Below are positions 1 to 18,830 of a DNA stretch of 64,000 nt, in pieces. The stretch comes from the human T2T-CHM13v2.0 reference genome, Homo sapiens: NCBI RefSeq assembly GCF_009914755.1, contig NC_060925.1. The stretch is one strand, 5' to 3'. The notes beneath the pieces are model-generated. The model was not told the DNA's origin. It searched no databases and worked only from the letters and a program-made list of their open reading frames with translations. Numbering within the stretch: the first letter of the stretch is position 1; every line of letters begins with the position of its first letter. A program made the translations under genes and the position numbers.

Positions 1-549
1 AGCTTAAGGGATTATATACAAAGATATGACTAGGCTGTAGGAGAATTACAAGGTACAGTAACCTCTGACCAGTAGCATACTGGTTGTTACCATCCCTAGG
101 CCTGAATGTATAAGGGGGAGGAGCAGTTTCTGAAACTGAAAAGGAGAAAATTTCTAGAGAAGGCCAACTTGAGAGGAGCGTAACTTTTGGTAGAGGGATA
201 CTTCCAGAAGAAGGTTATTTCCTTCTCTGAAAGAAGCCAGGGGAATAAATACCCGGACATCACTCACTGTCTGTTCTCCTTCTTCCCTACTGTTGGGGCT
301 TCTTCATTGCCTGAACCTAACTGGCACAGAGCAAGGAGTCTATTGAGGCGCTTCATCCAAGTCAGCTTCCCAGTGCAGAAAGCAAGGTGCAGGAGGGCAG
401 AGAGGAGATCTAAAGAGGCAAATGAAAGGGGTACAGCACACTTAAATTAAGATTTTTGCCAAAAGTTGAAAATATCTTTAATAATAAGTCGTTCTTCCTA
501 TAGTTTTGAGAAATACTGATATGAGCAAAAGATGGATGAGACTTCAGTT

Positions 550-869
550 TTTATTTATTTATTTATTTATTTATTTACTTAGAGACAGAGTCTCGCTCTA
601 TTGCCCAGGCTGGGGTGCAGTGGCATGATTTTGGCTAACTGCAACCTCTGCCTCCTAGGTTCAAGTGATTCTTGTGCCTCAGCCTCCTGAATAGCTGGGA
701 CTAGAGGTGCACGCTGCCATGACCAGCTAGCTAATTTCGGTAATTTTGGTAGAGATGGGAGTTTTGCCTTGTTGGCCAGGCTGGTCTCGAATTCCTGGCC
801 TCAAGTGATCCACCCATCTTGGCCTCCCAAAATGCTGGGATTTATACGTGTGAGACACAGTACCTGGCC
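550..869 (-). mobile_element. Alu (AluS/J)
   Basis: Alu consensus with (TTTA)n tail; TSD gagacttcagtt at 538-549 and 870-881. Confidence 0.95.
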
Positions 870-1366
870 GAGACTTCAGTTCAGTTTTATATTGGTATTT
901 TGGAAAACTCCCTATTACATACTTGCTTTACCTGAGGTTTAAGAATGGAATGAAACTGGGAATGTATATTAGAGAAAATAAGGTAAAGTTTCTCAGCTTT
1001 TTAATGATCATGAGCCCTTTTGCCATGTTAGGCTGTAATAATGCTAGAGTGTTACCAGCATCCTTTTAAGGAATGTGTAGAGGTAAGTAACACTTAGCCT
1101 AAGGGTCCTCAGAATACTGTTTGAAAATTTCTGTTTTCAGGAAAGGCTTACTATAGTGGGTCTTAATTTCTCTAAGGATTCTGATAGCAGCCTTAGATAG
1201 CAAATACTTCTAATTTAAAGGTATTCAAAGGACATTTCTCCTGAATGGTCGTCTAATTATACCTTTACATCTTACAAATGAAATAATCAAAGCCTAGATT
1301 TTGATATTCAACCAAGAGTTTGGTTAACCATGGACAGTGGCAAATCCAGGAATAAAGACAGAACTG

Positions 1367-1672
1367 TTTTGGTTTTTTTGTTTTTGTTTTTGAGACAGAG
1401 TCTTGCTCTGTCACCCAGGCTAAAGTGTGGTGGTGTGATCTCAGCTCAGTGCAACCTCTGCCTCCCAAGTTCAAGTGATTCTCCTGGCTCAGCCTCCTGA
1501 GTAGCTGGGATTATAGGCGTGTGCCGCCACGCCTGGCTAACTTTTTATATTTTTAGTAGAGACGGGGTTTCACTGTGTTAGCCAGGATGGTCTCGATTTC
1601 CTGACCTCATGATTCACCTGCCTTGGCCTCCCAAAGTGCTGGGATTACAGGTGTGAGCCACCGTGCCTGGCC
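1367..1672 (-). mobile_element. Alu (AluSc-like)
   Basis: Full dimeric Alu in antisense orientation just upstream of the SEC22B exon. Confidence 0.93.
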
Positions 1673-1749
1673 AACTCAGAACTTTTAATTTCCTACCTCA
1701 GTACTTTGATGGCCATGAAAGAAATGGTCAGTTTTCTTCATCATTCTAG

Positions 1750-1896
1750 ATACTTTCATTCAGAAAACCAAGAAGCTCTACATTGACAGTTGTGCTCGAA
1801 GAAACCTAGGCTCCATCAACACTGAATTGCAAGATGTGCAGAGGATCATGGTGGCCAATATCGAAGAAGTGTTACAACGAGGAGAAGCACTCTCAG
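1750..1896 (+). CDS. SEC22B: SEC22B-family penultimate coding exon (147 nt; end of longin domain, NIE segment, N-terminal half of the R-SNARE motif); probably a duplicated paralog copy
   Basis: Flanked by ...ttctAG (1747-1749 tag) and GTatct (1897). Translates (D)[48 protein letters not shown], matching SEC22B aa ~116-164 except R130C (TGT at 1791-1793). Confidence 0.95.
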
Positions 1897-2853
1897 GTAT
1901 CTAAAAGCAATGAGTCTTATGAAGAAATGGTTCTCATTCCATAGACAAGGATAGCTTATTTTGCAGTGCCTTTTATGCTATTAGATTCTACCTAGAACTG
2001 TTAAGAATTTATCTCCCAGAAGTACATTACATTACAATGCTTCCAATATATTTTTTTTCCTAGCATGATTAGTTTTTGTTGAGTTGGAACAGTGTAAAGG
2101 ACTCATCCATATTAGAAGCAATGATTATTTCTAAGATATTCACAAAATTAATTAAATTATATAACTTGTATAAATTAAGGGAAATGAATGAGAGAAAACT
2201 CAAGAATGTATTGCAGTGGTTTTTTGAGTAGCCTCTTTGGGAGACTTTACTGCTGCCAGATCAATCTTTATAAAATGCCATTTTCATCAAAGCATTCCTC
2301 TCTGAAAAACTTTTAAATCTGGGACTACAAGATAAGATCCAGTCTGACTTATTTTTCCGTCAGTCAGCCATTGTTATTGAGAGCTTGTTATTTGTAAGGC
2401 GTTGTGCTCTACATATGGAAAATAAGGAAGATGCAAATGTCTGTCATTCTCTAGTTCACAAACATTCTTCTGTAGCCACACCAGCTTCTTTACTATCCTT
2501 AGTGGTCCTTAGAACAGAATACTGCCTTATGCTGGACCTGTTCTGTATGTAAGACCTCCATAAGAACTGTCTCTTTAAAGAACCTTTCTCTGATCCTTAT
2601 AGCCTGTATCACATTAATCTCTTCTGTCCTTTAAACTCCTAAAGCACTTAGTAACATAATGGTTTTAGCACATATTACATGTATGTGTGTTTACCTAATT
2701 TACCTTAAATATATTTATTAAATACCTCTTACCATATTAAATATATATTTAATATATATTAAATATATTTCCATATAACATAAGTATATGTTTCATATAT
2801 TTATATTAAAGTAGGCAAACATATTTGGATAATTAAATATTTTTATATAATTT

Positions 2854-3150
2854 CATATATTTTTTTGAGACAGAGTCTTGTTCTGTTGCCCAGGCTGGAG
2901 CGCAATGGCACGATCTTGGCTCACTGCAACCTCCATCTCCTGGGTTCAAGCGATCTTCCCACCTTATCCTCCTGAGTAGCTGGGGCTACAGGCATGTGCC
3001 ACCACGCCTGGCTAATTTTTGTATTTTCTTAGTAGAGATGGGGTTTTGCCATGTTGTTCCGGCTGGTCACAAACTCCAGGGCTCAAGCAATCCACTCACT
3101 TCAGCTTCCCAAAGTGCTGGGATTACAGGCATGAGCCACAACACCCAGCC
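2854..3150 (-). mobile_element. Alu (AluJ-like)
   Basis: Alu consensus; TSD tttatataattt on both sides; inserted in an AT-rich tract. Confidence 0.92.
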
Positions 3151-4689
3151 CTTTATATAATTTTAAAAGTGTAGGTAATTAGGTAAAATTAGGTTAAAAG
3201 TATATGTATATTTACCTGATATTTCAATATTACCTAAGTGTTTAATGTGGACATGTAAGCTCTTTAAAGATAGTGCTTATGTATTTTATATCTGTTTCAC
3301 ATACTCCTTATATATCCCCCACAGAAATGGTCACAAATAGGTTCCTTAATAAGTATTTTTGAATTCAGCCATGCTATATATTCATTAGTAAGTGAGTTTT
3401 CTTTTATTATGAACTACAAACTTTAACCTTTTTTTGAGTAGTGAGCAGTTATTCATTTACCTTCACACTCTTTAAATACCAAATTTTGAGTGAGTGAGTG
3501 TGTAAGGTTTTGTCATACAGACTTGCAATTCCTATATGGGATAAAGTAGACTAGCACAGGAATTTTTCTTGTATCACTCATGCAAGACTCTAAATTCCTT
3601 AAAGGCAGGGATCATGTATATTTTGATCACTGTTGTATCCTCAGCACTTCACATGGTGCCTGTCACATAAATATTTGTTAAATGACTTCTCCAAGCAATA
3701 GCTTTGTCTTTATGTTATCCTGTATTTCAAAACGTTCATATATAAATTCTCTCAACTATGACTTGTTTCATAGGGTCTAATAATTGTTCCTCTGCTGAGT
3801 TATTCTCAGCAGATTTAGATTCATTTAGCAAATGTTTATTGAGCACTAACTATATACCAGGCCCTGTTCTGGGCATTCAGGATATAGCAGCAAACACAAT
3901 AATTTAAAATCCCTGTCCAGTGAAGTGTATATTCTTGTAGGCTCTGTAAAAAGATGCCCTGTGCATTGTCATGGTTATTTCTCAGTCCCTGACTCTTCTT
4001 CCGTGACTAGATGTTTTTCTTACTCATGTGATCAGTTGCTAATTCAGACGTGGCTGTCATGCCTGTGTTATTAAGTAACGCCATGTTTCCCAATCAAAAC
4101 CAGTCTCTATTAAGCAACTCCAAATATTCCAAAAGCATTCTTTAAGGAAGAAACAGCCGGATTGCAAAATAGTTTTTTCTGAAATTTCAAGAAGTGAAAA
4201 GTTTGATCAGAATTTATTATGTCAAATGGAGAGTTTGTGTTTATTATTAAAATATGCCCTATATTTTAATATGGTCTAGCTTGTGTCTATCTGGCTATTT
4301 CTCTAAGTGTTTAGTTAACTGTTATAAGAAGATAACAACATTACAAATGTCCTTGGGGGTGAAAAAACTTGCCAGAAAATACTAAAAAGCTTAATTTACT
4401 TGCGTTTTTTTTTGTAGTACTTATTGTATTTTAGTTACAACTTTCCTATGTCTATTGAAATATAAATCCTGATAGCTTTAACTTCATAGTAGTCTCTACT
4501 ATGTGGAGAATCTTAGAAATGTTAGCAGTCATCATTGAAGTATAGCTTAAGACTGTGTTTGGTTAATTGAATTTTCTGGTTATCTGAGTTTGTTTTACAT
4601 GGATTATCATTATCGTTTTTCAAAATATAAGAGAATATGATTCAGACCATTAGAAGATTATGAAGATAATAATTATTAACATGTAATAA

Positions 4690-4915
4690 TTATTATAATT
4701 TATCATGTGCAGGCATTGCTGCTCACTTTACAGGCAATCTCATGTACATACAACTTTATGACATAGTTACTGTTATTATCCCCAATTATAGATGAAGAAA
4801 CTAGGTTTTAAATAGGTTACATGACTTGACCAATGTCACATAACTTGTACAGGTGATATCTGAACCAAAGAGTCTGAGGCCAGAACCTGCACTTCTAACC
4901 ACCTTACTATATAGC
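4690..4915 (-). mobile_element. MIR SINE
   Basis: MIR core ...tattatccccaattatagatgaagaaactaggtt...aatgtcacataact... Confidence 0.65.
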
Positions 4916-5111
4916 CTCAAAAATTCAGACATAATCTGATCAGCATCATCAGTTAATTAGTATATGCAATGTTAGCCTCAAAATAAAAATGATGATTTAA
5001 GATTCATGGTTGTTGCAGTGCTGCTCATTTTGGTTATTTTTAATGCCTTAATACTTTCGGTAAAATACTTCCAGGGACTAATTAATGTTTTCCTTTTTTC
5101 CTCTTTGACAG

Positions 5112-5266
5112 CATTGGATTCAAAGGCTAACAATTTGTCCAGTCTGTCCAAGAAATACCGCCAGGATGCGAAGTACTTGAACATGCATTCCACTTATGCC
5201 AAACTTGCAGCAGTAGCTGTATTTTTCATCATGTTAATAGTGTATGTCCGATTCTGGTGGCTGTGA
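5112..5266 (+). CDS. SEC22B: SEC22B-family last coding exon (SNARE C-terminus, transmembrane anchor, TGA stop)
   Basis: Polypyrimidine tract and cAG acceptor at 5109-5111; phase matches the previous exon (G|CA). Translates [51 protein letters not shown], with R190H (CAT at 5186-5188). Confidence 0.95.
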
Positions 5267-11570
<6,304 letters not shown>

Positions 11571-11623
11571 CCACTCTCAGGTATTCTATTATCGCAACAG
11601 AAAACAGTTTAAGACACCTGCTA

Positions 11624-14393
11624 GGCTCCTAACCTTGAGGGGCTAGAAAACAAAGCCAGAGGTCCAGTACCAGCCTCCTCAGAGTTAGAATACACAGCTC
11701 ATGAGTGCTGAGCTCAGCCTTGGCCCCTACAATCTTCCAGAAATGAGGCCACTTGGCTGAGCCCATTATATGCAACATTCAGACCCCCAAGGGCATCAAA
11801 GAAGACAAAAGCAGAAAAACCTATCCAAGAAACAGCAACTTCAAAGGTTGAAGCAACATCAGACCACACAGGTGAGAACCAGCACAAGAACTCCGGCAAC
11901 TCAGAAAGCCAGAGTGCCTTCTTACCTTCAAGCAACTGCGCTATTTCCCCAACAGTGGTTCTTAACCAGGCTGACATGACAAAAATAGAGTTCTGAATAT
12001 GGATAACCTTGAGGAACATAGATGCAAAAATCCTCAACGACTCAATTTGCTGGACTAGCAAACCAAGCCCAGCAGCATGTCAAAAACGAATCCACCACAA
12101 TCAAGCAAGCTTTATCCCTGGGATGCAAGTTTGGTTCAACATATGCAAATCAATAAATGTGATTCATCACATAAACAACTAAAAACAAAAACCACATGGT
12201 CATCTCAATAGATGCAGAAAGGGCTTTCAATAAAATTCAACATCCCTTCATGTTAAAAACCCTCAGCAAACTAGGCATTAGAGGAACATACTTCAAAATA
12301 AGAGCCATCTATGATAAGCCCACAGCCAACATCATACCGAATGGGCCAAATGCTAGAAATACTCCCTGTGAGAACCAGAATAAGACAAAGATGCCCACTC
12401 TCACCAATCCTATTCAACATAGTACTGAGAGTCCTAGTCAGAGATAACAGGTTAGAGAAAGAAATATAAGACATCCAAGGAAAAGAGGAAGTCAAACTAT
12501 CTCTGCAGACAATATGATTCTGTAGAAAACCCCATAGTCTTTGCCTAAAAGCTCTTTGATCTGATAAACAATTAGCAAAGTTTCAGGATACAAAATTAAT
12601 GTACAAAAATTAGTGGCATTTCTATACACCAATAGCATTCAATCTGAGGGTCAAAATCAAGAATGCAATCTCATTCACAATAGCCACACACACACAAAAA
12701 TACCTAGAAATATAGATAACGAGGTGAAAGATCTCTACAAGAAGAATTACAAAACACTACTCAAATCAGAGATGACACAAACAAATGGAAAAAGATTCCA
12801 TGCTCATGGATAGGAAGAATTAGTGTTGTTAAAATGGCTGTACTTCGCAATGCAGTTTATGGATTCAATGCTATTCCTATGAAACTACCAGTGACATACT
12901 TCACAGCATTAGAAAAAAAAACTTTTAAAATTCATATGGAACTTTAAAAAGAGCCTGAATAGCCATAACAATCTTAAGCAAAATGAACAAAGCTGAAGGC
13001 ATTACACTACCCAATTTCAACTATACTACAAGGCTTCGGTAACCAAAACAGCAGGGTACTGGTACAAAAACAGACACATAGACCAATGGAACGGAAAAGA
13101 GCCCAGAAATAATGCTGCACACCTATGATCTGATATTTGAAAAAAGTTGACAAAAACAAGCAATGAGAAAAGGACTCCCTATTCAATAAATGGTGCTGAA
13201 ATAAGTGGCTAGCCATATGCATAAGATTGAAACTGGACCCCTTCCTTATGCCATATACAAAAATCAACTCATATGAAGTAGAGACTTAGATATAAAACCT
13301 AAAACTATAAAAGCCGTGGAAGATAGCCTGGGAAATACTATTCTGGAATAGGACCTGGCAAAGATTTCATAACAAAGATGCCAAAAACAATTGCAACTAC
13401 AACAAAAATTGACAAATGGAATCTAATTAAAGAGCTTTAGCATAGCCAAAAACAAACAAACAAAACAGTGAACACGGTAAACAGATAACCTACAGAATGA
13501 GAGAAAATATTTGCAAACTATGCATCCTAGAGAAGTCTAATATCCAGAATTTATAAGGAACTTTATAAGCAAAAAACAACCTCATTAAAAAGTGGGCAAA
13601 TGACACGAACAGACATTTTTCAAAAAGACATACATGTGGCCAAGAAGCATATGAAAAAATGTTCCACATCACTAATAATTAGAGAAATGCAAATCTAAAC
13701 CACAATGAGATACCATCTCATACCAATCAGAACGGCTATTAAAAAGTCAAAAAGCAATAGATGCCGGCGTGGTTGCAGAGAAAATGGAACACTTATATAG
13801 TGCTAATGGGAATGTAAATTCGTTCAGCCGTTGTGCAAAGCACTTTGGTGATTTCTCAAAGAACCGGCAACAATTACCACTCGACCCAGCGATCCCATTA
13901 TTGGATATATACCTAAAGGAATATAGATTGTTCTGCCATAAAGACACATGCACGCATATGTTCATCGCAGCACTATTCACGATAGCAAAGACATGGAATC
14001 AACCTAAATGCCCATCAGTGGTAGTCTGGATAAAGAAAATGTGGTACACGTACACCGTGGAATATACACAGCCATAAAAAAATAAGATTATGTTCTTTGC
14101 AGCAACATGGATGGAGCTGGAGGCAATTATCCCAAGCTAAATTATGTAGGAACAGAAAACCAAATACCGCATATTCTCACTTATAAGCGGGAGCTAAACA
14201 TTGAGTACACATGTACACAAGGGAACAACAGACACCAAGACCTACTTAACGGTAGAGGGTGGGAGGAGGGAGAGGACAGAAAAACTACCTATTGGGTACT
14301 GTGCTTATTACCAGGTAACAAAATAATCTGTACACCAAAACCTTAAAGAAAAGTGTTTTAAAAATGTAAAATAAAGCATATAGCAAAACAAAC
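11624..14393 (+). mobile_element. LINE-1 (L1PA13-16-like): 5'/ORF1-start fragment fused to the ORF2 RT-to-3' UTR segment
   Basis: Decayed ORF2 peptides ([19 protein letters not shown]; CTHMFIAALFTIAKTWNQPKCPS); L1PA 3' UTR and A-rich tail; TSD aagacacctg(c/g)ta at 11611-11623 and 14394-14406. Confidence 0.92.
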
Positions 14394-15635
14394 AAGACAC
14401 CTGGTAAAGTTCTGCTCTTCCTTCAAAGACCCAGCTCAAATGTCTCTTTCATAAAGCCTCTCTGACATTCTCATACCCCCCTTCTCTCTGACCTGGGAGA
14501 AGCTGTGTTTTCATTCTCCCACAATAACTTGTTCATATTTCTATTATAAAACCTACAAATTTAAACTAGCTGTCAGTGCATACTTGTTTGTCTCCTTGGC
14601 TATGTGCCTTATGAGATGCCTGGGATAGAGATCAATTATTATTCAATTTGAATCCTTGGCATTGGGTGCGGTGGCTGACACATTGGAGGTGGGCAACAAA
14701 TATTCGTGGTATAAGTTCATTGAATTACAGAGATGTATGCATAAGTTTTTTGGAACTGGGTTTCATGAATCATAGGTACACACAATTTGAATAAAAGAAG
14801 GAAACAAAGTGGGGCAAAAGGGTGTAGGTCTAGTAATGAAATGGGAAAAGAAAGGCACATTGAAAAGTCGCAACAAAAGAGAGAACCAGTACAATTATAT
14901 CAACATATAGTAAACACATTGGAGAAGGGAAAACAATACAGCAAGTGAAATTGATTCTTTGGTGGCAGAAACAATTGAAAGGTATGGAGGCAAAGAAGGA
15001 GGAGAAATTAAGGCATAGAGATAAATTAGACTTGGGGAGAAAGCACAGAAGTCAAATATAGCAACAGATCTTGGACTGGGAATGTTTCCAATTGACCATT
15101 ATGCTTACGATTACTTTTATGTTGTGGAGACAATATTTAAGGAGCATTTCAGATCTGTTAACTAATTTTTTGAAAAAGTGACTCCAGTTCACTGATAAAT
15201 ACCTTGACCAATATGCCATATAAAGTAAGAAATATTTTACCGTACCCAAGAAACTGGTTTTACTGGCTTAGTTTTGACCAACTGATGGCAATTTGTACCT
15301 GCTAAACTCCCAATTTTTTACTTGCTGGTTGTGTAGGTAGGCAGTGAGGTTTGTTGGACTGGGCATGCAGGGACAAGCAGTTAGGCCAATACATGGACTG
15401 AAGATTATATCTATTTTTCTGCCTTTTGTTTAGCTATTTGCATAAATATACAGAGTGGGTTTATTTGCACACTTAGAGCTTTAGAATAAAAGAACTTTGA
15501 CTTTCAAATTGGTTTTTCTTGATTTTTTAAAATTTTTATACTCCACTTTTTCTTCCGTCTTTCTCAAACTCATTTTTCCCTAGTAGCAGAGTTGAGACTT
15601 AATATTACAAAACTCTGCTTGCTTTAAAGAATCTA

Positions 15636-15657
15636 AGAAGAAGAAGAAGAAGAAGAA
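15636..15657. repeat. (AAG)7 microsatellite
   Basis: Direct reading. Confidence 0.85.
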
Positions 15658-17789
15658 AAGACACTAAAGAACTTCCAAGCAGAAGTTTAAGAAGTTCTGC
15701 TATAGCCCATCCACTCGTTTGTGGAATTTAAATATATCCGTTTTTGCCACAATAACAGCGTAGCCTTGCTAGAATCATATACAAAGCAGCAGATTTCTTT
15801 CTATAAATTACTGGACACTGTGGTGTAATGTAGACATTGCTGAGGAGGGATGTAACTGCAACAGAAACAAATTACTTACATTGCATGCAGTAGGGAAGTG
15901 GGTGAAAAGAGCATTGAACTCTGAGTCGGGAGACGACTTCAAGGCCCAGCTCAGCACTCTAGCAGAACTTTAGGTAAGTTTTTTAGACACTATGTACTTC
16001 AGTTTCCCCATGTGAAAATGAGAATAACGTCTGTTCTGCCTACTTCACTTGAACTATTTGAGGATAAAAGAAGGTAAAATGCAATAATGGTCATGAAGAT
16101 TTTATAAACCTTGAAGTGATGTACAAGTATACCATACTGTTTCACTTTTATTACTATTATAACTGTTTAAAAAAGCATTTGTGACCAGTACAATCCTGGC
16201 TTTTCTCTGGAGACTAACATCCAGTTTCATAGTTATTTTACTTTTGATAGGGAAAAGGGAATTATTCCTGTTATATATTGCAATATTTAGGATCCTCTAG
16301 CAATTTCTCAGGCTATGACTTCATGTTCCCAGAAGAGGGCAGCAACACTCCAAAGGCTCTGCCTTTTCCTCAATTAAAATGTCTAAAGCAGTTTTTCCTT
16401 GAGAGGAAAAGAACTATACTGTAAAGAATAGCCCTTTAAAAATGATGGTATTTAGGTGACAAAGCTAATCCTATTACAATAAATATAACATTCATTCCAA
16501 ATAAGATTTTTCCTTTTCTCTGTCCTGTGAAGAAAATAATTGACTGTTTCTTCAATCTCATGTTAATTATTTGACTTATATTTCCAGAAACTCCTACCCA
16601 TGTTTTTCCATTTAACTCTAGATTTGTAGATCCTACTTAGCACCAGTTTTTAAATAAATTGTTTTGTATGTGTAAGAGAAAAGGTGTTCAGGCCTGATTT
16701 ATAGTTTAGGATGCCTACCTAAGTCCAAAGAGTGATCCTCAGCAGTGTCTAAATGTGTTCCTATCATAGAGTATATGTTTGTCATTCAGATAAAATGTTG
16801 TCTACATCTAATCTTTCTCATTCTTTCATTATTCAAATATCCCCGTGCCTTTCTATCTTTAGTCAGTGAATTATCTTGTAATGACAAGAGCAGCTAACAT
16901 TTGAACTGTTCTTAACTCACTTAGGCCGGAGGTTGCAATTTTTTTTTGTCAAAAAATCAGACCTTGGTGATAACTTGAGCAGTAGGCTATAAGTAACTAG
17001 TAGGCTAGCCTACTATAAGTAGGCTAGGCATATTAATAGCGTATAAGGTGCTCTCACAGACATGTTTTCCCTTTGATACTCACCATAGCCCTGTGAAGTT
17101 GATAGCTACTATCCCCCATTTTACAGATAAATTTTCTAATCTGTAATCAAAATAGCTGCTCTTTGCTTGAAGAAAAAGTCCAGAGGGACACCCTATATGT
17201 CAAGAGAGCTCCAGGGGGTGGGTAATTTCTTTCATAATTGCTAGAAGAGCCAATTCTGAATGTGAGGCTTTTTCTGTCTGCTTTATTACAACCAGAGATG
17301 GAATAGGAAGGCTTTCAGTTACAGTTTATCAATTCCTTCTGCTTTTGCCAGTTAATCTCTAGCTTTACTCTTTTGAAAAAACTACCTGTTTCCCACTCCA
17401 CTTCTGCTACCACCACTACCAAGTCAGAGTCCTCTTTCTATTCCAGCCAAACCTCTTCCTGTTCTTGAGAATTGCATCACATTCTTGGCTTAACGTAACC
17501 AACACCCCCACATTGGCACCAGGGAGTGTGTAGCCCTTCTTTATTGGCTGAAAGTTCTTGTCTGGTGAGCATGGAATAAGTCACTCACTTCCTGAATTTC
17601 AGCCCTGGCTAAATTTGCTTCTGGAAAAACATATATATATTCCTCAGATTTTTGTCTGTTGGTTTGCAAATCTCCTTCACTCCAGCCCTGTCCTGGAATG
17701 AGCAAGATTTACCAAATAGGGACAGCGTGAAAGGGAATTTAGAGGGTAGAGGTAGAGGGAAAAGGAATAGTATGTGTAGCTTGCTGAAT

Positions 17790-18830
17790 GAGATGTCTGC
17801 TCTTGCTGTTTCCATTTCTTCACTTCTCAAACAATTTTTAACCCAATCTAAACTGGCATCAGCTCCCATTGTATTGAAAGGGCTTTCACTCAGGACACTA
17901 ACGCCCCCCCGCCACCTCCCATATTACTAAATCCAGTGGATACATCAGCCTTGATCTTACTTGGCATCAGGGTAGCATGTGATGCTTTTGGTCACATCCT
18001 CTTTGATAGATTCACTCTTCCTTTGCACTATTATTTTTTCTCTATCTTAGTCATGGGTCTTCAGCATCCTGTGCAAGCTCCTCTTTACTCCTAAAGTACT
18101 GGTGTTCCTCAGAACCCTGTTCTATATCAGCCTCTTTTCTCTCTAAACATTTTCTGTGAGAAATATCATCCCTTTCCATGGCATTATTGAGATCCATCTG
18201 CCAATTATTTCCAAATCTCTATCTTCCCTGACCTCTTTTGACTGCTTTCTAGAACTTCTTCAATTAGAAATTCCTGAAAGCCTGTTAACCAACTCCCTCC
18301 CTCAAACCTATTCCTCCAATAATGCTCCTCATCCAAACATATGCCACACCATCTACCCAGTTTTTCTAGGCAGAAATGTAGGATTCATCCTTAATGCCTC
18401 TTTTGCTCACCTTCCACATTCAGTCAATAACCAAATTCAGTATAATCTACATATTTGAATCCATCAGTTTCTCCCTGTCCCCACTGGCCTAAGTGATCAC
18501 CATCTATGTGGCGTTTTGCACATCCCTTTGCTAGTTTCCTGCCCCCAGGTTTTCTCCCCTTGGATCATTTTCCACTAACCACTAGATGGTTCTTTATGTA
18601 AATGCAGTTCTGTAAATTCACCACTTGTGTTTAAAATCCTTTAGTTGCTTCTCACCGTCCTTAGGATGGAGTCCGAACTTCTTATCACGGTTCATAAGCC
18701 TCTCATGATCAGTAACTTGCCATCAGTCTGAACTCCACTCACACTGACCTCCAGTGTTTCAAACATACCCTGCTTCCTTTTGCCTCTAGGCCTTCACAGA
18801 TGCTGTTTCCTCTGCTCGGAGCGTTCTACT
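17790..18830 (+). mobile_element. L2 LINE remnant
   Basis: Degenerate L2 ORF2/3' motifs (aaatccagtggatac...; ttcatccttaatgcctc; taaaatcctttagttgcttctc). Confidence 0.6.

Noticed and set aside
12196-14346. ORFs resembling reverse transcriptase / ORF2p
   Set aside because: Frameshifted fragments of a dead L1, not a gene.
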